Shown here piece after piece: positions 13,228 to 26,430 of a DNA stretch of 64,000 bases (positions within the stretch are counted from its first letter, which is position 1; every line of letters begins with the position of its first letter). The position numbers and the translations under genes are program-made. This DNA is from Stegostoma tigrinum (taxonomy: Eukaryota): assembly GCF_030684315.1 (NCBI RefSeq), contig NC_081397.1:9238001-9302000 (forward strand). Direction: 5' to 3'. The notes beneath the pieces are model-generated. The model was not told the DNA's origin, searched no databases, and saw nothing but the letters and a program-made list of their open reading frames with translations.

Positions 13228-13582
13228 ACTAAACTGTCCCGAGAGAGCAGCAATCGTCAGGCACTGGACTTCAGTTAATGTAAACGCAGAGCGTGCTATT
13301 GATGTCTCAATGCAACGGGAGTTGCAGAAACTGAATAGGTCTGTGAGATGCACGAATTCATACTACAGACGATGCAACTCGGGACAATCAGGTTTATAAA
13401 TTTTCAGTAATCACAACACATTCAAGTACTGCACTCCATATTTTATAACTTATACATTTCCATTTGAACCGCCTGTGTGCGAATTGCTTCCCGTGGCGTT
13501 TCCCCAGCTCTAACTGAACTTGGCGGAGGAGGATGGTGGGTAACACTCGCCAAATTCAAACCCCACCACAACATACAAATGA

Positions 13583-13828
13583 CATCCCCTCCCTACCTCC
13601 CCACTTACACCCTCTCCACCTATCTTCTTTTCTCTCCATCTTCGGTCCGCCTCCCCCTCTCTCCCTATTTATTCCAGAACCCTCACCCCATCCCCCTCTC
13701 TGATGAAGGGTCTAGGCCCGAAACGTCAGCTTTTGTGCTCCTGAGATGCTGCTTGGCCTGCTGTGTTCATCCAGCCTCACATTTTATTAGCTTGGAATCT
13801 CCAGCATCTGCAGTTCCCATTATCTCTG
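13583..13828 (+). mobile_element. Penelope-like terminal fragment with 10-bp TSD
   Basis: ATACAAATGA at 13573-13582 and 13829-13838; the site is empty in unit 2 (~49163). Confidence 0.85.
13700..13727 (+). ncRNA. Minimal hammerhead ribozyme core (Penelope type)
   Basis: CTGATGA-AGGGTCTAGGCCC-GAAAC-GTC: both conserved boxes, stem II hairpin, palindromic ACGT stem III and GUC triplet. Confidence 0.7.
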
Positions 13829-14171
13829 ATACAAATGATTTTTGTAGTTTTGCCCAAATCTCCCACTAGTGTATTCGATCCTCTGAGGCTGGTCGGTTCT
13901 GTCTCGAATGGCCTCTTTCTGGCACCGAGCTATTCCATGTCTCTTGTTCCCTGCCACCGGATGGATGGGGATACTTTTTTGAGTCACTATTTAAAGTCGC
14001 TGTCCCGACAGCGAAACCTCCAACTTGATTCGTCCCGTTCTAGTTTTATCACTGTTAAAGCGAAAACAAAACGGACTATTTTTGCGTATTTGGAGGCCCC
14101 GGTTTGCACATAAAATCAAAATTAGTTAGCCAGCAGTGACAGTCTAGCTGCTTTTCACTGATGTTGGGAGT

Positions 14172-14187
14172 GGCTCTGAAAAGAGCC
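14172..14187 (-). terminator. Histone 3' stem-loop (H2A copy 1)
   Basis: Minus strand CCAAA GGCTCTTTTCAGAGCC AC. Confidence 0.95.
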
Positions 14188-14217
14188 TTTGGGTTGTCAG
14201 GTTACAGAACGGTCTCT

Positions 14218-14670
<453 letters not shown>

Positions 14671-14863
14671 TTATACCTTCGGGAGGAATGGGGGTGCGGC
14701 CATTGCTGATTGGTCACATTGTTCAGTATCTCCTAATGTCGTTTCAATGCCCAATCAGATATCTGCTTCACTCACCAATCCGGAGGGGGCCCGGGGAGGA
14801 GGCCGGAAAATCCCGGCGCCAAAGCATCAACCGCTTTCTTTCAAACTCGAAAAGCCCGCCAAT
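14671..14863 (-). promoter_or_regulatory. H2A promoter: TATAA, three CCAAT boxes, E2F/CHR module
   Basis: TATAA 14671-14675; CCAAT at ~14709, 14751 and 14775; TTTGGCGCC and TTGGCGGG...TTTGAA on the minus strand at 14812-14863. Confidence 0.7.
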
Positions 14864-16659
14864 ATATACCAAACAGTAAGAAGGCAAACAAAGAATAATG
14901 CTTATTTATTTGAAGTAGTTTACTTTTAGAATATACCGACATGATTCACACAATTTCAGTCATTCCCTAGCCTCCTTCCATCTGTATTTGTGATCTTGAA
15001 AGGATTGTTTCCTCGAACTTTACAAATAAACAGAAAGAAAAAAAAAACGCACGAAATCCATTCCCTGCGTAGATACTATTTTACATCAGCACCGGGCTTT
15101 TTTGATCGAATTCTACTCATTTATTCCGTGTGCGCGTATTAGTGCTTTGGATAATATTTTTAAAATCGCCCTCCCTATTGCTCTCGACTGCACTTCAACA
15201 ATAGTTCTACGTTTGCGATGCAAATGTTCTAGTTTCATTTCAGGTCGAAATTCTCCCGCCGACAGCAGAAAGCCTCATATCGAGTTTTCCGCAAAACCGG
15301 AGAGAACACGCGGGGAGATCTGAAAAAAAAATCCTCAGTGTGTAAACTGTTGTAAAAGACCGGCGCCAAATCATCAACCGTCTTCTTTCAGAATTTGAAA
15401 AGCCCGCCAATCTGGACAAGACGAGGAAGACGTTTTTCACAGAATAGTGCATTAATGCTTACGATTTAATTGCCTTTTAGATTACAAATGGATGCTTCAC
15501 TCCATCTCTCTTTCTCACTCCCTGACCTAATTGAATCCACCCATTTCTGATTTGAGTGGAGTTTTCCGAACAGGCAGAAACAAAATAAAACAAAGCGCCA
15601 ACGTCCGCTTCTGTTTTTGTATTTCACGTTTTAAACGCTCCCCAACATATTGATAAGGCATCAGGCAACGTTCATCCGGCTGAGCGCATTAACGGGCAGC
15701 ACAGTCTTCAGCCAATTTCGTAAAGTGGCCCTTATTGATTGTGATAGATCAGGTTTCCGTTTGATCTCGGTTCATTTTGAAAGCCTCCAAGCGAAAGCAG
15801 AAAGCCCCACGTACTGCATTTTGAGAAAAGAAAATCACAAATCCCGCGTAGAAATTTAGAATTGAAATTAAACTGAAATCGCAAGATATTTCTATTCGTC
15901 GAACTCAAATACGAGGTCATTTCATTTTGGTTGCCACAGTTGGATTTCGGGGTTCAGAACCCACCGCGATTAGTTTGAAAAACCCTCCAGTGTACAAGAG
16001 GAGGAGGAATGAATAATTAAAATTTTCGTTTATAAGCTTAATTACATTGACGTTGCAAATGAATACTTGACACACTGTTTCTTCATCGCATCTGTCCATT
16101 TCTGCACTTGATGAGAATTTTCTGAAGTTAGGAACCAGGAAAACAACTACAAAAGCACGGCATTCTGCAACTTTTTAATTTCAATTTTTCAAGTGCACAC
16201 CGAATATTGATTAAACCTTGCACAACGTCCTTTCGGATGAACGCGTTCAAACTTTAAACAACAGCTTGAAGTTGCCCTCCCCCTATTGCTCTTCATCAGA
16301 CTTCAGGCACAATCGCAATTCGGCAGTTGTTCTTGTTTTATATTATTAAAAGAAAAAAAACAGTAGATTGTAAACTCTATTCATGGGATTAGAAGTTAAT
16401 TTTGTTTCGGGGTGATCAAGTGTTAAAGAGGAACGCGAATGAAACGGAAGTTGCTAAAATATGACTCACTGGCGATAATTATGCTCGTTGCAGATACGGG
16501 GAAACGAGACAGGGTATGGCCGCAACTGAAACTAAAGGGCAGATCAGGGTCCACCCATAAACTTGTACAACACACGTAAAGCCTAGGGACGTTAATAATA
16601 CAAACCGAAAATATTTCGCAAACTTAACGTGGTTCAGCCGTTTCAGAGAAGTTGTGGGT

Positions 16660-16675
16660 GGCTCTTAAAAGAGCC
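16660..16675 (-). terminator. Histone 3' stem-loop (H2B copy 1)
   Basis: Minus strand GGCTCTTTTAAGAGCC ACCCA. Confidence 0.96.
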
Positions 16676-16715
16676 GTTGGGTTTTGGATGTGTTTTCTCT
16701 ACACAATGTGGGGTC

Positions 16716-17096
16716 TCACTTGGAGCTGGTGTACTTGGTCACCGCCTTTGTACCCTCCGACACGGCGTGCTTGGCCAGCTCCCCGGGCAGCAGCAGCCGC
16801 ACCGCGGTCTGGATCTCCCGGGAGCTGATGGTCCTGCGCTTGTTGTAATGGGCCAGGCGGGAAGCCTCCCCCGCGATACGCTCGAAAATATCCTTGACGA
16901 ACGAGTTCATGATGCTCATCGCCTTGGAGGAGATGCCGGTGTCGGGGTGAACCTGCTTCAGCACTTTGTAGATGTAGATAGAGTAACTTTCTTTCCTGGA
17001 TCGTTTCCTTTTCTTGCCGGCTTTCCCCGGCGCCTTCTTGATGATTTTCTTGGCGCCCTTCTTGGAAGGTTGCTGCGCTTTCTTCTCATCCGCCAT
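16716..17096 (-). CDS. H2B: Histone H2B
   Basis: [17 protein letters not shown]...[27 protein letters not shown]...[10 protein letters not shown], 126 aa. Confidence 0.98.
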   Translation of the reverse strand: MADEKKAQQPSKKGAKKIIKKAPGKAGKKRKRSRKESYSIYIYKVLKQVHPDTGISSKAMSIMNSFVKDIFERIAGEASRLAHYNKRRTISSREIQTAVRLLLPGELAKHAVSEGTKAVTKYTSSK

Positions 17097-17148
17097 ACTA
17101 ACAGTCACTTTCAGACACAAAATAAGCGAAAACAGGCTCGGAGCTCGC

Positions 17149-17260
17149 TTTTTATAGCCTGATCGCGTCAGCAATGCTAATGAGGGATGGAGGAAAGTCT
17201 TATTCATGATTGGGTAGTTTAAAAGAATGTCAAGCATGACAGCAGCCTCTCTGTGATTGG
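17149..17260 (-). promoter_or_regulatory. H2B promoter: TATA, octamer-like H2B box, two CCAAT
   Basis: TATAAAAA 17149-17156; CTCATTAGCAT 17174-17184 (one mismatch to ATTTGCAT); CCAAT 17209-17213 and 17256-17260; same layout in unit 2. Confidence 0.75.
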
Positions 17261-17659
17261 TTAGTTTGGGACACAATGTGAATCTGTCAGGATCTGCAAC
17301 GAAATGCGAGACACAAACCAAATTTTGAACACGGATCTAACTCCTAACTCACTCGAAAATCAACTGGTTATTGTCATTTAATTATATCTGGAACACAGTA
17401 TCTGTGAGATTTTAAATGTGGCAGTGTGTTTTATTCTGCTCATGACAGTCTTTTGTGCATAACATATTATTTTGTTTCATCTCTCTCTGAGTTCCGCAGG
17501 ACACTTGTGTCATTGAGAGATTCAGGTTTATTGAAGGATAGTTTTGTCCAATATCTGTCAGTCTTTCCTATGTGAAAATGCGAGTGCAGTTATCTATCCG
17601 TCCCTGTCTGTTTATGCAGTGTGAATGATTATCACTCTCTCACAATCTGTTCCTGTCAT

Positions 17660-20420
17660 ACTGTCATAGAGATGGATAGCACTCTTGGGTCCACCTCGGC
17701 CTTAAAAATCAGATTTCGTAAATTAATCTAGTCCCATTTACCAGCATTTGGCCGATATCGCTCTAAACCCTTCCTCATCCTGAAACCATCCAGAAGCCTT
17801 TTAAACGTTGTAATTGTCCCATCCTCCACCACTTCCTTTGGCAGTTCAGTCCAATTATGCACTACCCACTGCGAGCAAATGTTGCCCACCTTAGGTTATT
17901 TTTCTCACCTCTCACCTGAAACCCATGCCCTCTAGTTAGGGATTCCTCTACTCTGGGCAAAAGAACTTGATTATTCACCCTATCCATGCCCCTCATAATT
18001 TTATAATCTTCTGCAAGGTCTCCACTCAGCGTCCAACACTCCATGGAAAACAAGCCCCAGTAAGCCCTGTCTATTCAGTCTTTCCCGAAAGGCCAAGTCT
18101 CCGGCCATGGCAACAATCTTTTAAACATTTTCTGAACCCTTTCGAGTTTTAAAAAAACCCTTCCCCATTTTAAGGGGACACAAGACCCAAATGCAGTTTC
18201 TCAAAAGTAGCCGAACCAATGTTCTGTACAGCAGCAACATGACCTCCCAAACCATACATTCAATGCACTGACCAATAAAGGCAAGTGTATGAAATGCCTT
18301 CTTTGCTGACCTGTCTATCTGTAATTCTACTGTAAGGAGCTATGAACCTGCACTCAAAGACCCTTTGGTTTGGCTTCCCTGGAGCTTACCTGGAGCCTGC
18401 CAGTCCTGCCCTGATCTTCCCTGACAAAATGTAGCACCTCATGCTTATCAAGATTTAACTCCATCTGACAATCCCCAGCCCAGTGGTTCTTCGATCAAAG
18501 GTCCCATTGTTGTCTGAGGTCATACAGTCATACAGCATGGAGAAAGGCACTTTAGGTCAAACTGGTTCATGTTGACCACAGTGCCGATTCAGCTAGTTCC
18601 AATTGCCTGAATTTGGTCCATGTCCCTCTAAACCCTTGCTATTCAAATGTTTTTTTCAATGTTCCTATTGTACCTGCCTCAACCACTTTCTCTGATCACC
18701 TATTCCACATATGCACCACTCTCTCATGTCCTTCTTATACCTTTGCCCTCTAGTTTTCAATTCCCTATTCTTGCAGAAAAAATACACTGTATGCATTCAT
18801 CCTAACTGTCCTCTGATGATGTAACACACATCAATAAGGTCATACCTCATTCTCCTATGTTCCAAGGAATAAAGTACTCTCCTGGCTAATCACTCCCTAT
18901 AACTGAGGCTTCCTTGCCCTGGCAACATCCTCGTAAATCTTTTTTGCACACTTTCCAGTTTAACAATGACTTTCCTATAACAGGATGACCAAACTGTACA
19001 TGATCCTCCAAATGTGGCCTTACCAGCAACTTCTACAACTGTAACGTACGTCCCAACTCTTGTACTCAATGTTCCACCCAATGAAGGACAGCATGCTGAA
19101 TGCTTTCTTCACTACCCTGCCCACTTCTGACATCACTTTCAATGAACCATGTACTTGTATTCCCAGATGCCTCTGTTCCACAACACTCCTCAGGACCGGA
19201 ACACTTACTGTGCAAGTCCTACCTTGGTTTGACTTTCCAAAGTGCAAAACCTCACACTTATCTGAATTGAATTGCATTTTCCAATCCTCAGCCCACTTAC
19301 CCATCTGATCAAGATCCCTCTGTTATTTTTGACAAACTTCCTTGCTATCAACAATACCTTCTAATATTGTTCATTGGCAAACTTACCAATCTTAACTTGT
19401 ACATTCACATCCGGATCATTTATATAAATGACACATAACTAAGGTCACAGCACCAACCGTTGCGGCACACCATTAGTCACAGGCCTCCAGTCCAAGAAAC
19501 AACCTTCAACCATCACCCTCAGCTCCCTACCATCAAGTACATTTTGAATCCATTTAGCTAACTCCTCCTGTGAGCCATGCAACTAAACCTCCTCACTGTC
19601 TAGCCATGCAGGACTTTGTCAAAGGTCTTACTAAAGTCCACACAGACAACATCCACTCCCGACGCTTATCTATCCAAATGGTTACCTCTTTAAAAAACTC
19701 AAACATTTGTCAGACATGACTTCCAACTCGCAAATCCTTGCAGGCTATCCCTAATCAGACATTGACGATCCAAAGTTGGTTGATTCTGTCCCTCACTATC
19801 CTCTCCGATAGCTTACCTCTCACTGACATCAGGCTCACTGGCCTGTAGTTCCCTGGCTTGTCTTTGCTACCTTTCCTAAACAATGGAACAACATTACCCA
19901 CCCTCCAGTCTTCCAGAACTTCACCAGTGGCTAAAAATGAAGCAGAAATCTCTGCACGATCTCTGCAATTTCTTTCCTAGCCTCCCACATCATCCAAGGA
20001 CAGACTTGATCAGGCCTCGGGAATTCATCCACCTCAATGTGATCTAAGGCTGCAAACACCTCCTCTCTGGTAATATGTATGCAGTCTAAAAATATCTCCA
20101 CTTGTTTCTCTTATTTCCTTAGCATCCACGGTTCTCTCCTTAGTAAACACGGAGATGAAATATTCATTAAAAATCCCCTCCCCTGGCACCGCGATCTGCT
20201 GTGGCTCCACACATAGATCACCATGTTGACCTTTAAAGGGACATTTTCTCTCCTGAGCCACCCTTTTACTCTTAATATAGCTGTAGAACCTCTTGGGATT
20301 ATCTTTACCCTAATCTGCCAGATCCATCTCATACCCTCTTTTTGACCTTCTGATTTCCCTCTCAAGTGTTCTCTTACACTTTTTGGAGCTATCTAGAGAT
20401 TCACCTGAGTCTGATAGCTT
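17660..20420 (-). mobile_element. Mosaic of degenerate CR1 fragments
   Basis: MGKWAEDWKMQFNSDKCEVLHFG, LESVQKRFTRMLPG and FNEYFISVFTKE motifs. Confidence 0.85.
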
Positions 20421-20439
20421 AAACCCAATGTATTCCTCA

Positions 20440-23400
20440 TGAGTGTATTCACTCATATGTCCCCTTCAGTTTCCTGTCATATGAAAATGTGAGGTTAGTT
20501 ATCAATCTGTACATTTTTGTCTGCGCTCTGAATGTTTGGCAGCAGTTATCACTCTGTACCTGTCAGGTTATGCTCGATGAATAAATTTTCAGTCAATCCA
20601 TGACTGTTTCTGTTATAAGAATGCAAGAGTTATTTATCATTCTGTTGCTGCCAGGCTCTGCTATGTGAATGTCTGATTGCTTTTATCAGTCTTTCCCTCT
20701 CAGTTTCTCTGTGCATATGGGAGTGTGGGTATGGGTATCAATTTGTACCTGCCATTTTCTGGTATCTGAATATGAGAGTTTGGATGTCAATCTGTACCTG
20801 TCACCTTCTGGTGTGTCAATATTTGTTTTAAGCTCTGTGACTGTGAATGTCATTTTCAGTCTCTCTTGTTTCTGCTATTACAACATTTCACTTTAGCTAT
20901 CAATGTGATGTTAGTGTCTGCCAGGTGACTATTTGAGCACAATTATCAATCTATAACTGACAACTTTCCAATATGCAAGGATGAAAGTGTAATTGTCAGG
21001 CTGATCTGGTCAGTATGTACAATGTGAATAAGGGAGTGTAGTTATCTGTCTGTCTCTGTCAAGTTCTATACATGTCAACCTAAGTGTAACCTGAAAGACA
21101 ATGTAATATCAATATGTGACCATAGTTATCAACCTGTTCCTGACATTTTCTGCTGCGAGAAGGTGAGTGTCGTTATCCTTCTAGGTCAGTCAGTCTCTGC
21201 AATGTCCATCTGAAAGTTTAGTTATCAATTCATCCCTGGTGTTTTCTGCTCAGTGAATGTGTGTAGTCATCAAAGTGAGCCTGTCAGGTTATGCTGTGGG
21301 AGACAGAGTGTTATGATCAGTCTGCTCATGACAGTATTTGCTGTGTGAATATGCGAGTGTAAATATCTACCTAGACCTTTCAGTTTCTGATTAGTGAATG
21401 TATGAGTGCAGTTTTAATTTGTATCTGTTAGTTTCTGGTCTGTGAATCTGAGAGCGCAGTTGTCAACATCGTCCACACAGTTTGTGTTAAGTGAATGAAT
21501 GCAGTTATCTGTCTGTCTCTGTTATGTGAATGTATGAGTCCATCATCATCCTGTACCGTCAGTTAATGCACTGCAACGAGACAGTGTAGTGATCACCCTG
21601 TCCCCGTCAGTTTGTCAGACTTGACTATGAGAGTGTTGTTATTCATTGATGCCTCTCAGTTTCTGCAATATGAATGTGAAAATGCCGTTATCAATCCATA
21701 CTATTCACTTCCTGCTGTGTGAATGTGTGAGTTCATTCTCTGTTTCTGCTATGTCAATATGACAGTTTAATTATCAATCTGTACATGTCAGTTTCTGTGA
21801 GATGAATTTGTGAGTGCAGTTTTCAACATGTAACAATGAGATTCTGCTCTGTGAATACTTGAGTGTCGTCATAAATCTATACCTGTCAGTTTACGCTATA
21901 AGAAACTAGGAGTGTGATCATCAACCTGTTCCTGTCAGTTTCTGGTAAGTAGGTACCTGAGTATAGATACCATTCTCTTCCTGTCAGTTTCTACTCTGAA
22001 CGTGTTTCTGAAATTATCAGTCTATCCATGACACTGCTTTGCAACAGGAATGTTTCGTTATCAATCTGTATCTGTCAGTTTCAGTTCTGAGAGTCTGAAA
22101 GCATAGTTATTAAGGTTTGTAATTCATACAGATCAGGTACTCAACTACAACAGCAATCATCCCAAGTGTCATTTCCAATAACTACAAAACAGATGACAAC
22201 AGAAAGACACAACACGTCGAGATACTAGTGACCCTGCCATACATTAACGGCATGCCAGAAATGATCACTAGATTACACCGCCCAGTAGGAATCATGATTG
22301 CCCCCACAAACCAACAGCTACTGATGAGAATAAAGGATCCACCAACCACGACCGACAGAACCAATATTATTTACAAGATACAATATTTATAAGATGTTAT
22401 AAGTTATTTACAAGACTATGAAAGGATCGCCATAAACATTACATAGGGTAAACCTGTTGCAAACTAGACATCAGCATTCATAATCACCATCCAGCTACCA
22501 AGGGACATGGCCAACTATCATTCATCTCAATACACATGGGCAAAGAGTGACACCAATTTGAATGGGACAACGTAGCCATCCTAGGACAAGCCAACCAAAG
22601 GCACTCACCAGAATTCCTGGAGGCTGGCACTCAAACTGAAACTCCATTAATAAACATGTCAAGCAGGATGTCATATACTAAGATACTAATCCAGAAGAGA
22701 TGCCACCCACCCCAGCAAACCGAGGCACATAAACAGTAAGTAGGACAGAACACCACTGCTTCACTGATGATGTCACGTAGGATGATGACAAAACATTTGT
22801 GAAGAAACTTACAAGCTTGGCAAGCAAGTCAGCAAAAGCATAGTTATGAATCTGACCCTGACAGTAACTGCAATGCAAATGTGACGGCAATTGTCAATTT
22901 GTATCTGTCAGTTTCTGCAATTTTGAATGTTACTGTTATCAATCTCTGTCAGTTTCTACTTGGTGACCGTGTGAGTACAGTTATCAATAAGGACCAGCCA
23001 GGTTCTTTTCTGTGAATATCATAGTAGTTATCAAAATGTACCTGGCAGTTTATGCCATGTAAAACTGGGAAGGCTGGCTCCAGCTTCTGCAATTCTTGCT
23101 CTCTCCAAGGTTATTTTCAATCTATTCCTATCAATTTCTTCGATATGGAAATGTGCATGTACAGCAACCTGTCTCTATAAGTTTCTTCTCTGTCAATTTG
23201 CAAGTAAACCTATCAATATGTACCTATGAAAATCTACTTTGTGAGTATTTGAGTACAATTATCAAGCTGTGCCTGTCAGTATTTTTTAAATCTGTGGATA
23301 TGTGAGTGCAGTTATAAATCTGTACCTATCACTTTATGCTCGGTGTAATTGTGAGTGTTATCATCAATATATCCCTGCCAGTTTCTGATAATGTGGATAT

Positions 23401-23620
23401 GACAGTGTAGTTATCATTCAATTTCTGTCAGTTTGCTGTGTGAATATGAGCGTGGTTATTAATGTGTGCATGCCAGTTCTGACTGTGGGAATATTTTCAT
23501 CAATCTTTACCTGTCAGTTTATGCAAACTCAACATGTGAGTTTCATTATCAATCTTTTTTGGTCTGTTTCAGTAAATATGAATCTGAAGGGTTAGGTATC
23601 AATCCATACTTGTTGCTTTC
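20440..23620. repeat. 49-bp minisatellite array, interrupted by a Penelope fragment
   Basis: Dozens of CTGTCAGTTTCTG...GTGAAT...GTTATCAAT units. Confidence 0.85.
22130..22845 (+). mobile_element. Penelope/Poseidon-like GIY-YIG 3' fragment
   Basis: Degenerate TLPYING...HYIG...FEWDNVAILGQA...EFLEA and a decayed CTGATGA hammerhead box at ~22764; paralog at 55780-56500. Confidence 0.7.
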
Positions 23621-23685
23621 TACTTCTAAAAGTGGCTTAATGGTCAGCAATCAATTATTTTATGGGTTGACGTGTGATTCATAAC

Positions 23686-23894
23686 GTTCTGGATGTGAGT
23701 TTGCTCGCTGAGCTGGAAGGTTAGTTTTCACACGTTTCGTCACCAGTCTAGGTAACATCATCAGTGAGCCTCCGACGAAGCGCTGGTGTTATGTCCCACT
23801 TTCTGTTTATCTGTTTAGGTTTCCTTCCAGCTCAGCGAGCAAACTCACATCCAGAACCTCAAACTGACCTATAAATCTTCTCAAAACTCGCTAC
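23686..23894. mobile_element. Penelope-derived foldback insertion with 9-bp TSD
   Basis: 35-bp perfect inverted arms 23686-23720/23823-23857; ATTCATAAC at 23677-23685 and 23895-23903; minus-strand CTGATGA...GAAAC core; empty site at ~57253. Confidence 0.8.
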
Positions 23895-24170
23895 ATTCAT
23901 AACATGATAGATGTTATTAGAGTAATGTTATGTGGATTTCCTTCAATTTCTGAGAGTATACTTTGTACAAAAATGGTGTAAATGTCAATGGGCTGTGAAT
24001 AATGAAACTTGTCGGAACTGGGCATTTTGAATGGAGAGAAAAGAAAAATAAAATTGCATTTTACTGTTGGTTTGAATATATCTGTTGGAAATTAAGCTCA
24101 GTGTGTGACTGACTCAATCTGCTCTGTGACTGTGGAAAGGATGTTCTCTGCTCTGACAGTGGGAACATAC

Positions 24171-24251
24171 CTGCTGTTTATTAGGATGAGCTGGTCACAC
24201 TGGCTTTGATCTGAAGCAATGTTACATTGTCCTGGTCCTTCCAGTGTTTGT
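24171..24251 (-). pseudogene. Frameshifted paralog (81 nt) of candidate exon 2
   Basis: Splice sites retained, but 1 nt shorter and with a TAA in the phase-1 frame. Confidence 0.4.
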
Positions 24252-24639
24252 CTGTAGGAAGACAGAAAAGATAGCTCCTGTAAACCAACATCAGTTGGAT
24301 TTGACAATACTTAACCGATCAATACAACATTTTGCTAATAGTCATTTGGATATTTTACTTAACACCAGGGATTCGAGCAGAACTATGGGTCTGATTCCAG
24401 ACTTGTCCTGAGATACTTCTTGTCTGATCATTTTTAAAGACTTCAAGACCATTTGAGTGAGGTCCAAAAAGTACAAACCTGTCTGTGGATACGCGTTTAG
24501 TTATTGATCTATTCATGTCAATTTACTACTTGATGAATGTGAGAGTGTCATTGTCAAATTTGGTAAATTATTTGTGTATTACACAGCAGAGACTGACAAG
24601 GACAGAATGATGCTGATCTACAGACCAACTCAAACGATC

Positions 24640-25828
24640 CAGCACAGAAGGCATCCATTTGGGTCATCATGTCCATGCTGATCCAAACAACACCAGATAG
24701 CCATCTTCATCCCATTTTCCTGCACACATCCCATAGCCCTGCAGCTTACAGAACTTACGGGGGAGGTTCAGGTATGCTCTTAAAAGAGTTTAGAGTCTCT
24801 GCCTCCACCACCAACTCAGGCATGGTATTGGAGATACACACCTTCTTGTAAAAATGATTTTCCTCCCATCACCTCTAATCCTTCTGTCACTTCACTTTAA
24901 TCTATGACCAATGTTTTTTTTTAAATTCCCTACCAAGGGAAACATGTTCCTCCTATTTACTGTCTCTCGCTCCCCTTCCCAATTTCATACGCCTCAATCA
25001 TGGCACTGCTCAGTTAATGCTGTTCCAAGGAATACAACTCCAACCTCTCCAATCACACCTCGTAGCTGCAGCTCTCCAACCCTGGCAACGTTCTTGTAAA
25101 ACTTCTCCACACTCTCTCCCCAGCAATAACATCCTTCCTGTAATATGATGTCCAGAACAGCACACAATACCCCAGTTCCAGCTTCACCAGGGTCTTCTGC
25201 AGTTTCATCATTATCGCCCTACTTTTGTGTTCCAAACCTCTGCCAAAGTAGGACAGCATTATATACACCTTTTTAACAACCTTATCTATCTGTACTGCTA
25301 CCTTCATATTCCAGTGCACTTGCACACCAAGATGACTTGCTTCATCCGCCACACCACTGCCCCGCCACCTCTTGTCTTCCTATTTATTGTTTCACCTCCA
25401 GAAATGCATTACCTCACACTTATCAACGTTGAACTCCATGTGCCACTTACCTGCCCACGCCACAAAACCACTGATATCATTTCAGAGTTGATCGCTATCC
25501 TCTACACTACCCAAAACATGGTTATTTTTTGTGTTGTCTGCAAATTTCCAAATTGTGTCCCTCATGCTCAAGTCCAATTGTTAATGAATAAAACAAACAG
25601 AGATTCCAATAGCAAGCTGTGTGGAACACCACTTGAAACAGCTTTCCATTCATAAGGGCAGTCATTGACCATTACCATTTGATTCCTGTTGCTAAGCCAA
25701 CTTTGGTTCCAATTTAAACACATTGCTCTGTATCCCATGTGCTTTTCTATTTTTGATTAGTCTGCCATGTGGTACTAAGTCAAATGACTCACTAAAATCC
25801 ATGTAGTCAACACCCATTACACTGCCCT
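24640..25828 (-). mobile_element. Degenerate CR1 RT fragment
   Basis: HLGVQVHWNMKVAVQIDKVVKK...YCVLFWTSYYRKDV. Confidence 0.85.
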
Positions 25829-25829
25829 C

Positions 25830-26430
25830 ACACATTCACGTGGCATTTACTGACAGGGGCAGATTGTGAAATACAACTGCGTCTTCACAAAGCAATCAGT
25901 GTCTGTTCCTGCTGTATAGATTTGTAAGCTTTGTTATTAACCTGTTTATGTTAATGTATGAACACACAACATGAATATTGGAGTGCTGTTATTAACCTGT
26001 ACCTGTCTTTTTCTGCTGTGAGAGTCTAAGAATTTGGTTATTCATCCTTAACTATCAGTTTCTGCGATGTGAATATCCAATGATTGCTGTTAATGTGTAA
26101 CTGTCAGTTTCCTCTACATGAATATGTGAATGTAGTTATCCATTTCGACCTGTCCTTCTTGACTATATGGATATACAAACATGATCAAACTGTTCCTATC
26201 AATATCCACAGTGTGAATGTTTAAGTGCATTTATAAACCTTTTCCAGTCAGTTTCTATGTTGTGAGAATGGAAATATAATTATTAATCTCAGTGTTAGAT
26301 TCTGTTCTGTGAATATGAGTATAGTTATCAAACTGTACCTGTCAGTTTATGTCATATGAAACTGGGCGTGTTATACAAATCTCTTTGTATCAGCTTTGGC
26401 TTTATGAACATGAGAGTGTAGTTAAACAGT
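25830..26430. repeat. 49-bp minisatellite array
   Basis: Same unit; inverted first unit as at 4190. Confidence 0.75.

Noticed and set aside
16716-17321. N-terminally extended H2B/H2A/H3/H4 from the ORF track
   Set aside because: The extensions start at non-ATG codons, mostly run through TATA/5' UTR sequence, and are not needed: canonical ATGs give normal lengths.
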